The position numbers were made by a program, and so were the translations under genes. Of a DNA stretch of 41,924 nucleotides, positions 32,348-41,924 are shown one piece after another (the stretch's first letter is position 1; the number at the start of each line of letters is the position of its first letter). The notes beneath the pieces are model-generated. The model was given only the letters and a program-made list of their open reading frames with translations, had not been told where the DNA came from and ran no database searches. This DNA comes from an uncultured Chitinophaga sp. Lineage in GTDB: Bacteria > Bacteroidota > Bacteroidia > Chitinophagales > CAIOSU01. Location: assembly GCA_964476015.1 (NCBI GenBank), contig CAYYZT010000002.1, positions 1-41,924 of the forward strand, given 5' to 3'.

Positions 32348-33540
32348 TCCTTCTTCCCCCTCCTTTCTATTTCTCCTTTCAACTCCGCTAGAAATTCGTT
32401 GTCCTTGTCCATAAACTTTTGGGCGTTTTCGTAGGTGAGTTTATAATACTTGAGCACATCCGCATCCAGCTTAAGATTATCGGCCGAAAAAGCGAGATAG
32501 AGATAAGGCAACACGAGCAGTTCGGGTTCTTTATGGTAGGCTTTTGCTCGCCCTTCCAAAAACGCCATAAAGGGCTTGAGGGCATTGTTCTGTTTGTAAG
32601 CCGCCATCAATTCGGAATACGAATCTTGGTCGGTAGGGTCTATTGCTATCAGCGCTACGCTGTGTTTTTCCAATGCCTTGTTGTCTTTCTGCGCAAAAGC
32701 AATGTCCACAAGGTGGTTATAAGTGGCTGGGTGCTTATCGAAAGCAAGGCTTTGGGTAAAATACTTGATGGCATCGGGATACTTTTGCTGCCCCTTGGCG
32801 GCAACACCCGCAACGCGGTATGCATCGGCTTTATAGGTGCTATCCTCATAAATAGCAGCCGCGGCCAAGGCTTCGGCACAAGCCTTATCCAGTTTACCCT
32901 GTTCCAAATAGATGTAGCTAAGGTTGTAATGGGCCGGGGCATAGGTACTATTCAGTGCTATGGAATTGATAAAATCCCCGGCGGCAATGTCCATTTTGCC
33001 CTCCAGCAAGTTTACATAGCCCACCACATAGTAGCCGAACCAATTTTTATCTCCCAGAGCAATAGCCTTATCAAAGTTTTGGTATGCCAAACTTAGCGGG
33101 TCGTCTTCGGATATGTTCATGCCTGCCTCGCCATATTTAAGGTAAACCTCGTAATGATAACTGCCCAGCGTGCGATATATCAGGGCATTGCCCGGATGTT
33201 TTTCCAGCAAATCGTGTCCTATATCGGCCACGTTGAACATCACCATGCTGGTGGTGCCCGTCATGTCGCGGCGCAACTGCATCAGGTCTTCGCCCGGCTC
33301 CAAATCCTTCAGCCCGAACATTTGGTGCATCATGCTCACGGCAAAATACTCCTGCACGTGGTTGGCCTTGCGTTCAAATACCTCGGGGTTTTGGTTGTCA
33401 GGATCTTGTTTTTCCAGCCAATCCCAAGCGGTCATATACTTCCGTTCGGCCAGCAATTTGTTGTATTCCGTCAAATCTATTTGCCCTACGGCAAACATGG
33501 GCAAGCAAACGGCCCAAAGCAGATAAAATACCCTTTTCAT
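32344..33540 (-). CDS. secreted tetratricopeptide-repeat (TPR) protein
   Basis: The gene starts at MKRVFYLLWAVCLPMFAVGQ, a signal peptide (CAT at 33538-33540). Several TPR-like units are present (e.g. AHYNLSYIYLEQGKLDKACAEAL, AYRVAGVAAKGQQKYPDAIKYFTQSL). Confidence 0.7.
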   Translation of the reverse strand: MKRVFYLLWAVCLPMFAVGQIDLTEYNKLLAERKYMTAWDWLEKQDPDNQNPEVFERKANHVQEYFAVSMMHQMFGLKDLEPGEDLMQLRRDMTGTTSMVMFNVADIGHDLLEKHPGNALIYRTLGSYHYEVYLKYGEAGMNISEDDPLSLAYQNFDKAIALGDKNWFGYYVVGYVNLLEGKMDIAAGDFINSIALNSTYAPAHYNLSYIYLEQGKLDKACAEALAAAAIYEDSTYKADAYRVAGVAAKGQQKYPDAIKYFTQSLAFDKHPATYNHLVDIAFAQKDNKALEKHSVALIAIDPTDQDSYSELMAAYKQNNALKPFMAFLEGRAKAYHKEPELLVLPYLYLAFSADNLKLDADVLKYYKLTYENAQKFMDKDNEFLAELKGEIERRGKKD

Positions 33541-33695
33541 AATGGTTGTTTGCCCTAAACATACATAAATAATATGTATTGCCACATGCGTTCTGCTTCC
33601 GCCAACACCCCCAATCAACAGATTAACCCATCAACTAATCAACCATCCCCAAAATTCGCTACTTTTGCCGCCACTAACCAGCCATCTACAACGCT

Positions 33696-34775
33696 ATGAA
33701 AACAACCGCCCTTACCGACCTTCACATTGGCCTCGGTGCCAAAATGGTGGAATTTGCCGGATACAACATGCCCGTATCGTATGCGGGCATCAACAGCGAA
33801 CACCTCTCCGTGCGCAGTGCCGTGGGCGTGTTCGACGTATCGCACATGGGGGAGTTTGTTTTGGAAGGGCCCGATGCATTGGATTTGATACAGCGCGTTA
33901 CCACCAACGATGCCAGCAAACTCATCCCCGGCAAGGCACAATACAGTTGCCTGCCCAACGGCCAAGGCGGCATTGTTGACGACCTGCTGGTGTATAAACT
34001 GGAAGAGGAGAAATACCTGTTGGTGGTAAATGCCGGCAACATCGGTAAGGATTGGGAGTGGATAAACCAACACAATACCAAGGGCGCAAAAATTACCGAC
34101 ATCAGCGGCGATACCAGCCTGCTGGCGGTGCAAGGCCCAAAGGCCATGCCCACGCTGCAAAAGCTCACGGAGGTAAATTTGGCCCAAATCCCTTATTACC
34201 ACTTTGCCATTGGCACCTTGGCAGGCGTAAAAAACGTTATCATTTCCAACACGGGCTATACCGGCGCGGGCGGATTTGAACTATACATACCCAATGCCGA
34301 TGCGCAAAAGGTATGGGAAGGCTTATTTGAGGCGGGCAAGGAGTTCAACATACAGCCCATCGGCCTCGGTGCGCGCGACACGCTGCGGTTGGAAAAAGGT
34401 TTTTGCCTCTATGGCAACGATATTGACGATACTACCAACCCCTTGGAGGCCGGACTGGGCTGGATAACCAAACTGGACAAGGGCGAGTTTACCGACAAAG
34501 AAACCATTGCGGCCCTCAAGGCCGAAGGCTTAAAACGCAAATTGGTAGGTTTTGAAATGGTGGACAAGGGCATTCCGCGCCACGACTACCCGGTAGTAAA
34601 CGAAAACGGCGACGTTATCGGCAAGGTTACTTCGGGCACCCAATCACCTTCTTTGAACAAGGCCATCGGCTTGGCTTACGTGCCTACCGAAACCTCCAAG
34701 CCCGGCGACGAAATATACATTGACGTGCGCGGCCGCAAGCTCAAGGCACAGGTAGTGAAGCTGCCTTTTGTCTGA
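33696..34775 (+). CDS. gcvT: glycine cleavage system aminomethyltransferase GcvT
   Basis: The 359-aa protein has [36 protein letters not shown] and [10 protein letters not shown], all conserved GcvT blocks. Confidence 0.92.
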   Translation: MKTTALTDLHIGLGAKMVEFAGYNMPVSYAGINSEHLSVRSAVGVFDVSHMGEFVLEGPDALDLIQRVTTNDASKLIPGKAQYSCLPNGQGGIVDDLLVYKLEEEKYLLVVNAGNIGKDWEWINQHNTKGAKITDISGDTSLLAVQGPKAMPTLQKLTEVNLAQIPYYHFAIGTLAGVKNVIISNTGYTGAGGFELYIPNADAQKVWEGLFEAGKEFNIQPIGLGARDTLRLEKGFCLYGNDIDDTTNPLEAGLGWITKLDKGEFTDKETIAALKAEGLKRKLVGFEMVDKGIPRHDYPVVNENGDVIGKVTSGTQSPSLNKAIGLAYVPTETSKPGDEIYIDVRGRKLKAQVVKLPFV

Positions 34776-34793
34776 ACCAGAATTTTGCCATTT

Positions 34794-35246
34794 ATGAGGT
34801 TCCTTATGGTTTGTTTGGGCAACATTTGCCGCTCGCCCTTGGCACACGGTATTTTGGAAGCCAAGATTGCCGAACACGGCTTGGAATGGACGGTGGATTC
34901 CGCGGGCACTTCCGGCTGGCACTCTGGTAGCTGCCCTGATGGGCGCTCCGTGGCCGTGGCGCAGAAATATGGGTTGGACATCAGCGGACAATGCAGCCGC
35001 AAGTTTACCTACCACGATTTCGAGAACTTTGATGTGATATATGTGATGGACCGCAGCAACTACGCCAACGTGCTTAGCCTTGCCGAAACCGAAGAAGAAC
35101 GCGCCAAAGTGAAGATTATCCTCAACGAAATTTACCCCGGCCAGAACAAGGAAGTGCCAGACCCATACTACGACGACAACGGTTTTGAAGAGGTGTACGA
35201 TATGCTGGAACGGGCTTGTGAGGCCATTGTAAGAAAATACCGATAA
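34794..35246 (+). CDS. low molecular weight protein-tyrosine phosphatase
   Basis: MRFLMVCLGNICRSP is the CX5R(S/T) P-loop at the N-terminus, and DPYY supplies the catalytic Asp. The first ATG is at 34794; the listed 34785 start is a TTG. Confidence 0.85.
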   Translation: MRFLMVCLGNICRSPLAHGILEAKIAEHGLEWTVDSAGTSGWHSGSCPDGRSVAVAQKYGLDISGQCSRKFTYHDFENFDVIYVMDRSNYANVLSLAETEEERAKVKIILNEIYPGQNKEVPDPYYDDNGFEEVYDMLERACEAIVRKYR

Positions 35247-35259
35247 GCCGTACTTAGTT

Positions 35260-36342
35260 TTACAAAAACCTTTCCCCTTCCTTCATTTTCTTAATCTCGG
35301 CGGTGTAGTGCTTTATTTCCTGCTCCTTTTCGCGCTGGCAAATGAGGAGCGCGTCGCCGGTATCGATAACGCAATAGCCGTCCAAGCCCTGCACCACCAC
35401 CAGCTTTTCGTTGGGGGTCATCACCATGCAGTTGTTGCTGTCCACCACCATTACCTGCTGGCCGCTTACGGCATTGTTGCGGTCGTCTTTAGGGTATTGG
35501 TCGTATAGCGATTGCCACGTGCCCAAATCGCTCCATCCGAAGTCGGACGGAATTACACGCACTTCCTCGGCCTTCTCCATAATACCGTAGTCGATGGAAA
35601 TGTTGGTGCAGAGGGTGTAGGCCTTGTTTATAAACTCCTGTTCCTTGTCGCTGTTGTACACGGGCAGCCCCTCGTGGAACACCTCGTAAATATCGTGCAG
35701 GTGCTTGTTGAAGGCTGCCAGTATGGTCTTTACGTTCCAGATAAAGATGCCGCTGTTCCAAAGGAAATCGCCGCTGGCTATAAACTGTTTGGCCAGTTCC
35801 AAGTCCGGCTTTTCGGTAAAGGTTTTTACCATGTAAAAACCGTCCGATTCGTTGGTCTCGTCATACTGTATGTAGCCGTAGCCCGTATCGGGGCGGGTGG
35901 GCACTATGCCCAGCGTAAGCAGGTCGTTGTTGGCCGCCACGTGGTCAAACGCCTTGTTGATGATGCGGGTAAACTCCGCCGTGTTCATCACCAAGTGGTC
36001 AGACGGGGCCACCACCAGATTCGCCTGCGGGTCGATGCTGTATATCTTGCTGCTTACGTAGGCAATGCAGGGGGCGGTGTTGCGGCGCAACGGCTCTTTC
36101 AGTATCTGGTTGTCGGCTATATCGGGCAACTGCTCTTTTACAATAGCCTCGTAATCAGCATTGGTAACGATATATATGTGCTCTTTCGGAACATTTTGCA
36201 GGAAACGCTCGTAAGTAAGCTGCAACAGGCTTTTGCCCACGCCCAGTATATCGATGAATTGCTTGGGATAGCCAATCCGGCTCTTGGGCCAAAACCTGCT
36301 GCCGATGCCGCCGGCCATTATGGCGACATAATTTTTGTTCAT
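35260..36342 (-). CDS. mannose-1-phosphate guanylyltransferase (nucleotidyltransferase only, no isomerase domain)
   Basis: The N-terminus AIMAGGIGSRFWPKSR is the sugar-nucleotidyltransferase signature. The 360-aa length and the motifs VAPSDH and GYGYI fit ManC-type enzymes. Confidence 0.8.
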   Translation of the reverse strand: MNKNYVAIMAGGIGSRFWPKSRIGYPKQFIDILGVGKSLLQLTYERFLQNVPKEHIYIVTNADYEAIVKEQLPDIADNQILKEPLRRNTAPCIAYVSSKIYSIDPQANLVVAPSDHLVMNTAEFTRIINKAFDHVAANNDLLTLGIVPTRPDTGYGYIQYDETNESDGFYMVKTFTEKPDLELAKQFIASGDFLWNSGIFIWNVKTILAAFNKHLHDIYEVFHEGLPVYNSDKEQEFINKAYTLCTNISIDYGIMEKAEEVRVIPSDFGWSDLGTWQSLYDQYPKDDRNNAVSGQQVMVVDSNNCMVMTPNEKLVVVQGLDGYCVIDTGDALLICQREKEQEIKHYTAEIKKMKEGERFL

Positions 36343-36575
36343 GACAGAAATTTTTATTAATTTATGTTGTGCTCAAAATGCCCGACATGGATATTTTACT
36401 TTACTCGTTGCCGTTTGATGTGTATCTTCACATCCCTTTTCGGACAGCGATTTAAGTGGAAGCCGTTTTACGGGAATTTTGCGTAAATTTAGGTAGAAAC
36501 TGGCTAATCTTTATAAGAGTGCGCAGTTTCTAAGAGTTTGATACCATTTAAGAGAACAAGTCCGGCAAGCCCCGT

Positions 36576-38765
36576 ATGTTGATAGTAGAAGAGCAGCTCC
36601 AGGTAGCCCTTAAGGAGTATTTTGGTTTTGATCAGTTCAAGGGTAACCAAAAGGAGATAATAGGCAGTATTTTATCCGGCAAAGACACTTTCGTGCTTAT
36701 GCCCACCGGTGGCGGCAAATCGCTGTGCTACCAGTTGCCCGCCATATTGAGCGAGGGCACGGCCATTATTATTTCGCCATTGATTGCGCTGATGAAAAAC
36801 CAAGTGGACTTGGTGCGCTCGTACAGCCATATCGACAATATAGCCCACTTCCTCAATTCGTCGCTCAACAAGGCACAGATAAAGCAAGTGAGGCAGGACA
36901 TCATGGAGCAAAAAACCAAGATGCTCTACGTGGCCCCGGAAACCCTTACCAAGCAAGAGAACATCGACTTTTTCAAGGAAATCAAAATATCCTTCATAGC
37001 CGTTGACGAGGCGCATTGTATAAGCGAATGGGGCCACGATTTCCGTCCGGAGTACCGCCGTATACGCAGCATGATACAGATGTTGGAACAAAAGGTGCCC
37101 ATTATTGCCCTTACCGCCACGGCCACGCCCAAAGTGCAGCAGGATATTTTAAAGACCCTGCAACTGGAAGCACCGCAGGTGTTCGTTTCGTCGTTCGACA
37201 GGCCGAACCTCAATTACGAGGTGCGCCCCAAAGGCACCAAAGCTGTTACCGATAAGGCCATCGTGCAGTTTATCAAGGGCAATGTTGGCAAGAGCGGCAT
37301 TATTTACGTATTAAGCCGCAAAACGGCGGAAGAAATAGCGCAGTTGCTCAACGTAAACGGAATCAAAGCAGCTCCTTACCATGCCGGGCTGGAGGCCCAG
37401 TTGCGGGCCAAAACACAGGATGATTTCCTGATGGAAGAAATTGACGTAGTGGTGGCTACCATTGCGTTCGGCATGGGTATCGATAAGCCGGACATCCGCT
37501 TTGTGATACACTACAATATTGCCAAAAGCATCGAAAACTATTACCAAGAAACCGGCCGCGCGGGCCGGGATGGGATGGAAGGCAAGTGCATGGCCTTTTA
37601 CAACTATAAGGACATCCACAAGCTCGAAAAATTCATGCGAGACAAGTCGCTGGCCGAACGCGAGATGGGCGGCCAGTTGTTGCAAGAGATGGTGGCTTTT
37701 GTAGAAACCGCCACTTGCCGCCGCAACTTTCTGTTGCACTACTTCGGCGAGGATTTTAACAAGCCCAACTGCGGCAATTGTGACAACTGCAACAACCCCA
37801 AACCGAAAGTGGACGCCACGGCACAGGTAAAACTGGCCTTGGGCACGCTGGAAGCGGTGTACGAATCGCTTACCATACCGCACTTGGTGAACATGATAAT
37901 GGGCCGCCGTAACCAGGAAATCATCCAGTATGGATATGACAAGCTGGAGTGGTTCGGTAAAGGCTCGGATAAGGATGAGCTGTTTTGGAGCTCGCTTATA
38001 AGGCAGGCCCTGCTACTGGATTTGCTGAAGAAAGACGTAGAGCAATACGGTGTACTAAAGCTTACCGACCAAGGCCGCAAATATTTGAAGAAGCCGTGGA
38101 ATGTGGATATTACCCTCAACCACGACTACGAGCAGCCCTTGAGCGACGAGGAAGAAGCCAAGCCCGCCGTGCTGGACCCGGAACTGCTGAACCTGCTGAA
38201 AGACCTGCGCCGAAAAGTGGCCAAGGAGCAGGGGGTGCCGCCTTATGTTATCTTCCAAGACCCTTCGTTGGAGGAGATGGCTACCAATTACCCCATTACT
38301 GTTGACGAGCTTTCGCACATTTCCGGTGTTAGCAAAGGCAAGGCGGTGCGCTACGGCACCCAGTTCCTGAAACTGATTGAGGAATATGTAGATGAGAACG
38401 ACATTGACCGGCCCGAGGATTTTACCATGAAATCGATAGTAAACAAATCGGGGCTAAAGGTTTACATCATCCAAAGCATCGACCGGAAACTGCCTATAGA
38501 AGACATTGCCCGCTCCAAGGGGCTCACGCAGGCCGAGTTGATGCACGAAATAGAGACCATCGTGCTTTCTGGCACAAAACTGGATATTGACTACTACATC
38601 CGCGATGTGATGGACGACGATATCATGGAAATGATCTACGATTATTTCCACGAAGCGGAGTCGGACTCTATAGACGAGGCTTACCAAGAGCTGAACGGCG
38701 ACGGGGCATCCATTGAGGACATACAGTTGGTGAGGCTCAAATTCCTCTCCGAAATGGCGAATTAA
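36576..38765 (+). CDS. recQ: ATP-dependent DNA helicase RecQ
   Basis: It has helicase motifs (MPTGGGKSLCYQLP, DEAHCISEWGHDFRPEY, LTATAT) and a zinc-binding region (CRRNFLLHYFGE...CGNCDNC). RQC and C-terminal HRDC-like regions (PYVIFQDPSLEEMA) are also present. Confidence 0.93.
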   Translation: MLIVEEQLQVALKEYFGFDQFKGNQKEIIGSILSGKDTFVLMPTGGGKSLCYQLPAILSEGTAIIISPLIALMKNQVDLVRSYSHIDNIAHFLNSSLNKAQIKQVRQDIMEQKTKMLYVAPETLTKQENIDFFKEIKISFIAVDEAHCISEWGHDFRPEYRRIRSMIQMLEQKVPIIALTATATPKVQQDILKTLQLEAPQVFVSSFDRPNLNYEVRPKGTKAVTDKAIVQFIKGNVGKSGIIYVLSRKTAEEIAQLLNVNGIKAAPYHAGLEAQLRAKTQDDFLMEEIDVVVATIAFGMGIDKPDIRFVIHYNIAKSIENYYQETGRAGRDGMEGKCMAFYNYKDIHKLEKFMRDKSLAEREMGGQLLQEMVAFVETATCRRNFLLHYFGEDFNKPNCGNCDNCNNPKPKVDATAQVKLALGTLEAVYESLTIPHLVNMIMGRRNQEIIQYGYDKLEWFGKGSDKDELFWSSLIRQALLLDLLKKDVEQYGVLKLTDQGRKYLKKPWNVDITLNHDYEQPLSDEEEAKPAVLDPELLNLLKDLRRKVAKEQGVPPYVIFQDPSLEEMATNYPITVDELSHISGVSKGKAVRYGTQFLKLIEEYVDENDIDRPEDFTMKSIVNKSGLKVYIIQSIDRKLPIEDIARSKGLTQAELMHEIETIVLSGTKLDIDYYIRDVMDDDIMEMIYDYFHEAESDSIDEAYQELNGDGASIEDIQLVRLKFLSEMAN

Positions 38766-38832
38766 CACGGTTGGGTTTCCGATTGGGCTTTACAGCAATC
38801 GTAAATGTCAATCGTAAAAACCATCGTACACC

Positions 38833-39324
38833 ATGGGCGAAATATTCAGTAACGAATCCATTACACACCAAGCCGTTGTTTTATTAAACGCTTTTATTGC
38901 CGCTATATTGGCAGGGGTGATAGGTTATGAGCGCGAAGCCTTGCATAAGCCTGCGGGATTGCGTACCAACATGATTATTGCCGCCGTGGCGGTATTGCTG
39001 GTGTCGTTCGGTAAAAGCTTGGCCGAAGAGTTTGGCGGAGTACATTCCGACAACCGTGTAGACCCTATCCGTACCATCGAAGCGATTATTGTAGGCGTAA
39101 GCTTTATAGGCGCGGGCACCATCATCAAGAGCGAGGCAAAGGCTAATGTGCAAAACCTAACCACGGCGGCTACTTTGCTGTTTTCGGCTGGTATTGGCGT
39201 GGGTGTGGCCTTGCAGCAATATGTATTGGCAGTGGGCGTTACTTTCCTAGCCCTGTTTATCAACTTGACCATGAAACGCATGGTAGGGAAAATTAGGGAC
39301 GAGAAAGACCCGGAAGTACATTAA
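38833..39324 (+). CDS. MgtC/SapB family membrane protein
   Basis: The sequence GVIGYEREALHKPAGLRTNMIIAAVA...GVSFIGAGTII matches the conserved MgtC N-terminal domain. Confidence 0.8.
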   Translation: MGEIFSNESITHQAVVLLNAFIAAILAGVIGYEREALHKPAGLRTNMIIAAVAVLLVSFGKSLAEEFGGVHSDNRVDPIRTIEAIIVGVSFIGAGTIIKSEAKANVQNLTTAATLLFSAGIGVGVALQQYVLAVGVTFLALFINLTMKRMVGKIRDEKDPEVH

Positions 39325-39332
39325 CCATATAG

Positions 39333-39692
39333 ATGTTCGATTGGATAAAAGGTCGTTGTAAAAGCTTTGGCTATGCCCTTAAAGGACTGGGCGGCGTATT
39401 GGCATCAGGCCCCAATATGCTTATTATGCTAGTGGCAGCGGGAGTGGTAATAATAGCGGGATTTTATTTCGAAATAGATAATACGGATTGGGCGTTGGTA
39501 GCTATCGCCATCGTAATGGTTACTGCTGCCGAGGCTTTTAATACCGCCATAGAAGAACTCACCGATATAGTAAAACCCGAGCACAACCCGCGTGCGGGCA
39601 AGGTAAAGGACTTGGCCTCCGCTGGTGTATTGATAACCACTATCGGGGCGGCCATCCTCGGCATCCTCGTGTTTGGCAAGTATCTGTGGTAA
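39333..39692 (+). CDS. dgkA: prokaryotic diacylglycerol kinase family protein
   Basis: The 119-aa, three-helix membrane protein has AEAFNTAIEELTD and KVKDLASAGVL motifs. Confidence 0.75.
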   Translation: MFDWIKGRCKSFGYALKGLGGVLASGPNMLIMLVAAGVVIIAGFYFEIDNTDWALVAIAIVMVTAAEAFNTAIEELTDIVKPEHNPRAGKVKDLASAGVLITTIGAAILGILVFGKYLW

Positions 39693-39784
39693 TTCTTTGT
39701 GCCCCTTGCGCATTTCCATAGGGTACTTTGTGTTTAGCTTATGTCGCGCAAATGAGTAACTTAGTAACAATCTAAACATCCACA

Positions 39785-40519
39785 ATGAAATTATTATCCA
39801 TACTGATAGCCTTGACATTTGCAGCCACCGCATGGGCAGGGGGCGAAAATACGTTTGAAGGCAACATTGTGCTCACTACCATTAGCGGCAGCAAGGGTAC
39901 GCCCAACAAAGTGAACCTTACCGTAAAAGGCAACAACGTACTGATTGATGCCACGGCCAGTAGCAAAGGCGCACCGATATTATTGGTGAACAGCAGCACA
40001 GGCGACGTGCATGTGCTCTCGGAAAAAGACAGCCAAAAGATAGCGGTGCGGTTCAACACCAAATCTTTGCAGCCTTTGGGCGGTATAGGTGCCATCATCA
40101 ATACTTTCGGGCTGGATGTGGACGGCAAGGCCAAAGGCACCGTAACCGAAACCGACGAAACCAAGAAAATAGCAGGCTACAACTGCAAAAAATATCTGGT
40201 GAAGGATGGCGAGTACGAATCGGAGTTTTGGATTACACAAGAGTTGGGCATGAGCCTCCCGGCCCTGTTGGGCAACGTGGCCCCGCAAAACAACCTGCCG
40301 CAGGGCATGATATTGGAAGGCAAGGGCAAGAAAACCAATGGGGAGGGTGCTTTTGCGTTTAAAGTAGAACCTACTAAAGCCACGGTGGATAGCAAGCTGT
40401 TCGCCGTACCGTCGACTTATAAAGTGATGGATATAACGATGCTGATTGACCAAATGCTTAAATCCGGCAGCCCCGAAGAGGTGAAAAAGATGTTGGACAA
40501 GATGATACCCAGGGGGTAA
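39785..40519 (+). CDS. secreted DUF4412-like protein
   Basis: It has a signal peptide (MKLLSILIALTFAATAWAG). The beta-rich body includes TETDETKKIAGYNCKKYLVKDGEYESEFWITQEL, which resembles the DUF4412 core. Confidence 0.5.
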   Translation: MKLLSILIALTFAATAWAGGENTFEGNIVLTTISGSKGTPNKVNLTVKGNNVLIDATASSKGAPILLVNSSTGDVHVLSEKDSQKIAVRFNTKSLQPLGGIGAIINTFGLDVDGKAKGTVTETDETKKIAGYNCKKYLVKDGEYESEFWITQELGMSLPALLGNVAPQNNLPQGMILEGKGKKTNGEGAFAFKVEPTKATVDSKLFAVPSTYKVMDITMLIDQMLKSGSPEEVKKMLDKMIPRG

Positions 40520-41686
40520 TCACTTCAAATATTTGCGGCCAATCAACTCCTTCATAATCTCGTTGGTGCCGGCATAGATGCGCTGCACGCGGGCATCGGC
40601 CCATGCGCGGGCTACTTGGTACTCCCAAATGTAGCCATAGCCGCCATGCAACTGTACGCAGGCATCGGCCACTTTGCATTGCAGTTCGGTAAGGGCATAT
40701 TTGGCCATGGATGCCGTGGCGCCATCCAGTTGTTTTTGGTCGTGCAACTCCACACAACGGTCGGCAAATACGCGGCCCATTTCGATTTCGGTAGCCAGTT
40801 CGGCTATTTTATACTTCGTGTTCTGAAACTCCGCCACCGGCTTGCCGAAAGCTTGGCGTTCCTTTACGTACTGTATGGTCAGGTTCAGCGTGGCCTCGGC
40901 GGCGGCAATGGCACCCAATCCCACTACCAAGCGTTCTTGGGCCAGTTCGGTCATCAAATAAGCAAACCCGTGGCCTTCGCTGCCCAATAGGTTCTCCTTG
41001 GGCACCTTCACGTTATCGAAAAACAGCTCACAAGTATCTTGCGCGTGCAAACCCGCCTTATGGAAAGGTTTGCCTTTCGAGAAACCGGGCGTATCGGCAT
41101 CGATAACAAACAAGCTGATGCCCTTGGCACCCAACGCTGGATTGGTTTTGGCTGCTATCACGGCAATGTCGCACAGGTAGCCGTTGGTTATAAACGTTTT
41201 CGAGCCGTTCACCAAATAATGGTCGCCTTTGTCGATGGCGGTAGTGCGCATGCCTTGCAAGTCGCTGCCGGCACCGGGTTCCGTCATGGCGATGGCAGCA
41301 ATGTACTCGCCCGAAATCATTTTGGGCAGGTATTTGAGCTTGGTTTCCGCGCTGCCGTAGTGGTCGATGTATGGGCACACAATATCGCTGTGCAGCGGGT
41401 AGCCCACTGCGGGGCCCGCACAGCCCGACAGGCCCAGCACTTCGGTAAAGATAGCGTTGTATTTAAAGTCCTTAATGCCCAAACCGCCAAACTGCTCATC
41501 CACCTGCATGCACAGGAAGCCCGCCTCGCCCAGTTTTTGCCAGCTTTCGCGGCTCACCATGTGCTCCTTCTCCCACTTCTCGTTGTAGGGCACTATTTCT
41601 TTGGCAACGAAATCCTCCACCGATTTACGAAACAGCAGATGTTCTTCATTATAAATGGTGCGCGGTATATTGGGTGTATTGGTCAT
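40520..41686 (-). CDS. acyl-CoA dehydrogenase
   Basis: The gene starts at MTNTPNIPRTIYNEEH (CAT at 41684-41686). ACAD blocks are present: AMTEPGAGSDL, GSKTFITNG, QERLVVG and VQLHGGYGYIWEYQVARAWADARVQRIYAGTNEIMKELI. Confidence 0.9.
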   Translation of the reverse strand: MTNTPNIPRTIYNEEHLLFRKSVEDFVAKEIVPYNEKWEKEHMVSRESWQKLGEAGFLCMQVDEQFGGLGIKDFKYNAIFTEVLGLSGCAGPAVGYPLHSDIVCPYIDHYGSAETKLKYLPKMISGEYIAAIAMTEPGAGSDLQGMRTTAIDKGDHYLVNGSKTFITNGYLCDIAVIAAKTNPALGAKGISLFVIDADTPGFSKGKPFHKAGLHAQDTCELFFDNVKVPKENLLGSEGHGFAYLMTELAQERLVVGLGAIAAAEATLNLTIQYVKERQAFGKPVAEFQNTKYKIAELATEIEMGRVFADRCVELHDQKQLDGATASMAKYALTELQCKVADACVQLHGGYGYIWEYQVARAWADARVQRIYAGTNEIMKELIGRKYLK

Positions 41687-41813
41687 GGCTCGAAAAAATG
41701 GTTTGGGGGTGCAAGTTAGGTTATAGACGCAAGACACAAGACACAAGACACAATTTTTTTGCCTCTTTGATGATTATTCCATCGATGCGCCGATAAACCC
41801 ATCAACGTGAAAA

Positions 41814-41924
41814 CTACTCCTGTACAGGGTAGCCATGGTTCAGCCAGTCGGTTTTGAGGTTGGTGCTAAGGTTTAACAGCTTGTGGTTAGCGAAGCCCAT
41901 ATCATTCAATAGGGTAAAGGCGGG
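41814..41924 (-). CDS. C-terminal fragment of a possible rhodanese-like domain protein (gene continues off-window)
   Basis: The minus-strand frame is open to the window edge. It reads PAFTLLNDMGFANHKLLNLSTNLKTDWLNHGYPVQE followed by a stop (41814-41816), a pattern like rhodanese C-termini. Only 36 codons are visible. Confidence 0.35.
   Translation of the reverse strand, partial: PAFTLLNDMGFANHKLLNLSTNLKTDWLNHGYPVQE

Overview
The window is a Bacteroidota-type chromosome segment. The flanks are GC-rich housekeeping genes: a murF-alr fusion, an M42 peptidase, a slyD-like PPIase, mnmE, recR, purF, gcvT, recQ, an mgtC-family gene, dgkA and an acyl-CoA dehydrogenase. These flanks are interrupted by a sharply AT-rich island of about 16.0 kb (7328-23354). 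Hand counts of a few 60-nt lines give roughly one third G+C inside the island and well over half outside; this is not a full calculation.

The island sits in the last codons of mnmE. The 18 bp encoding F-C-I-G-K-stop occur at both ends (7328-7345 and 23337-23354; 11 bp exact, 14/18 overall). This is the same target position used by SGI1-family elements in trmE/thdF.

The left half of the island is a maintenance module: tyrosine integrase, a coupled unknown ORF, an Xis-like HTH protein, a Rep_trans-like rolling-circle initiator, a small ORF and an orphan terminase large subunit. No capsid, portal or tail genes are present, so it looks satellite-like.

The right half is cargo:
- a membrane-anchored OB-fold protein;
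- a tightly packed three-gene operon (14114-19492), which I could not match to any named defence system and consider the best candidate for an undescribed abortive-infection system. It encodes a DUF4365-like nuclease-fold plus dynamin-like GTPase with a membrane hairpin, a protein with a C-terminal Rx4H (HEPN-like) motif, and a helical-repeat protein with an LA2681-like HEPN motif;
- an AAA+ ATPase plus S8 protease pair resembling IetAS.

Just outside the island lie a short phased repeat array (TTGCGGCATTTT, 4 copies), a divergent XRE regulator and a complete MmeI-family type IIG restriction-modification enzyme.

I recognised no rRNA, tRNA or CRISPR array. All domain calls come from motif recognition by eye, with no searches run.
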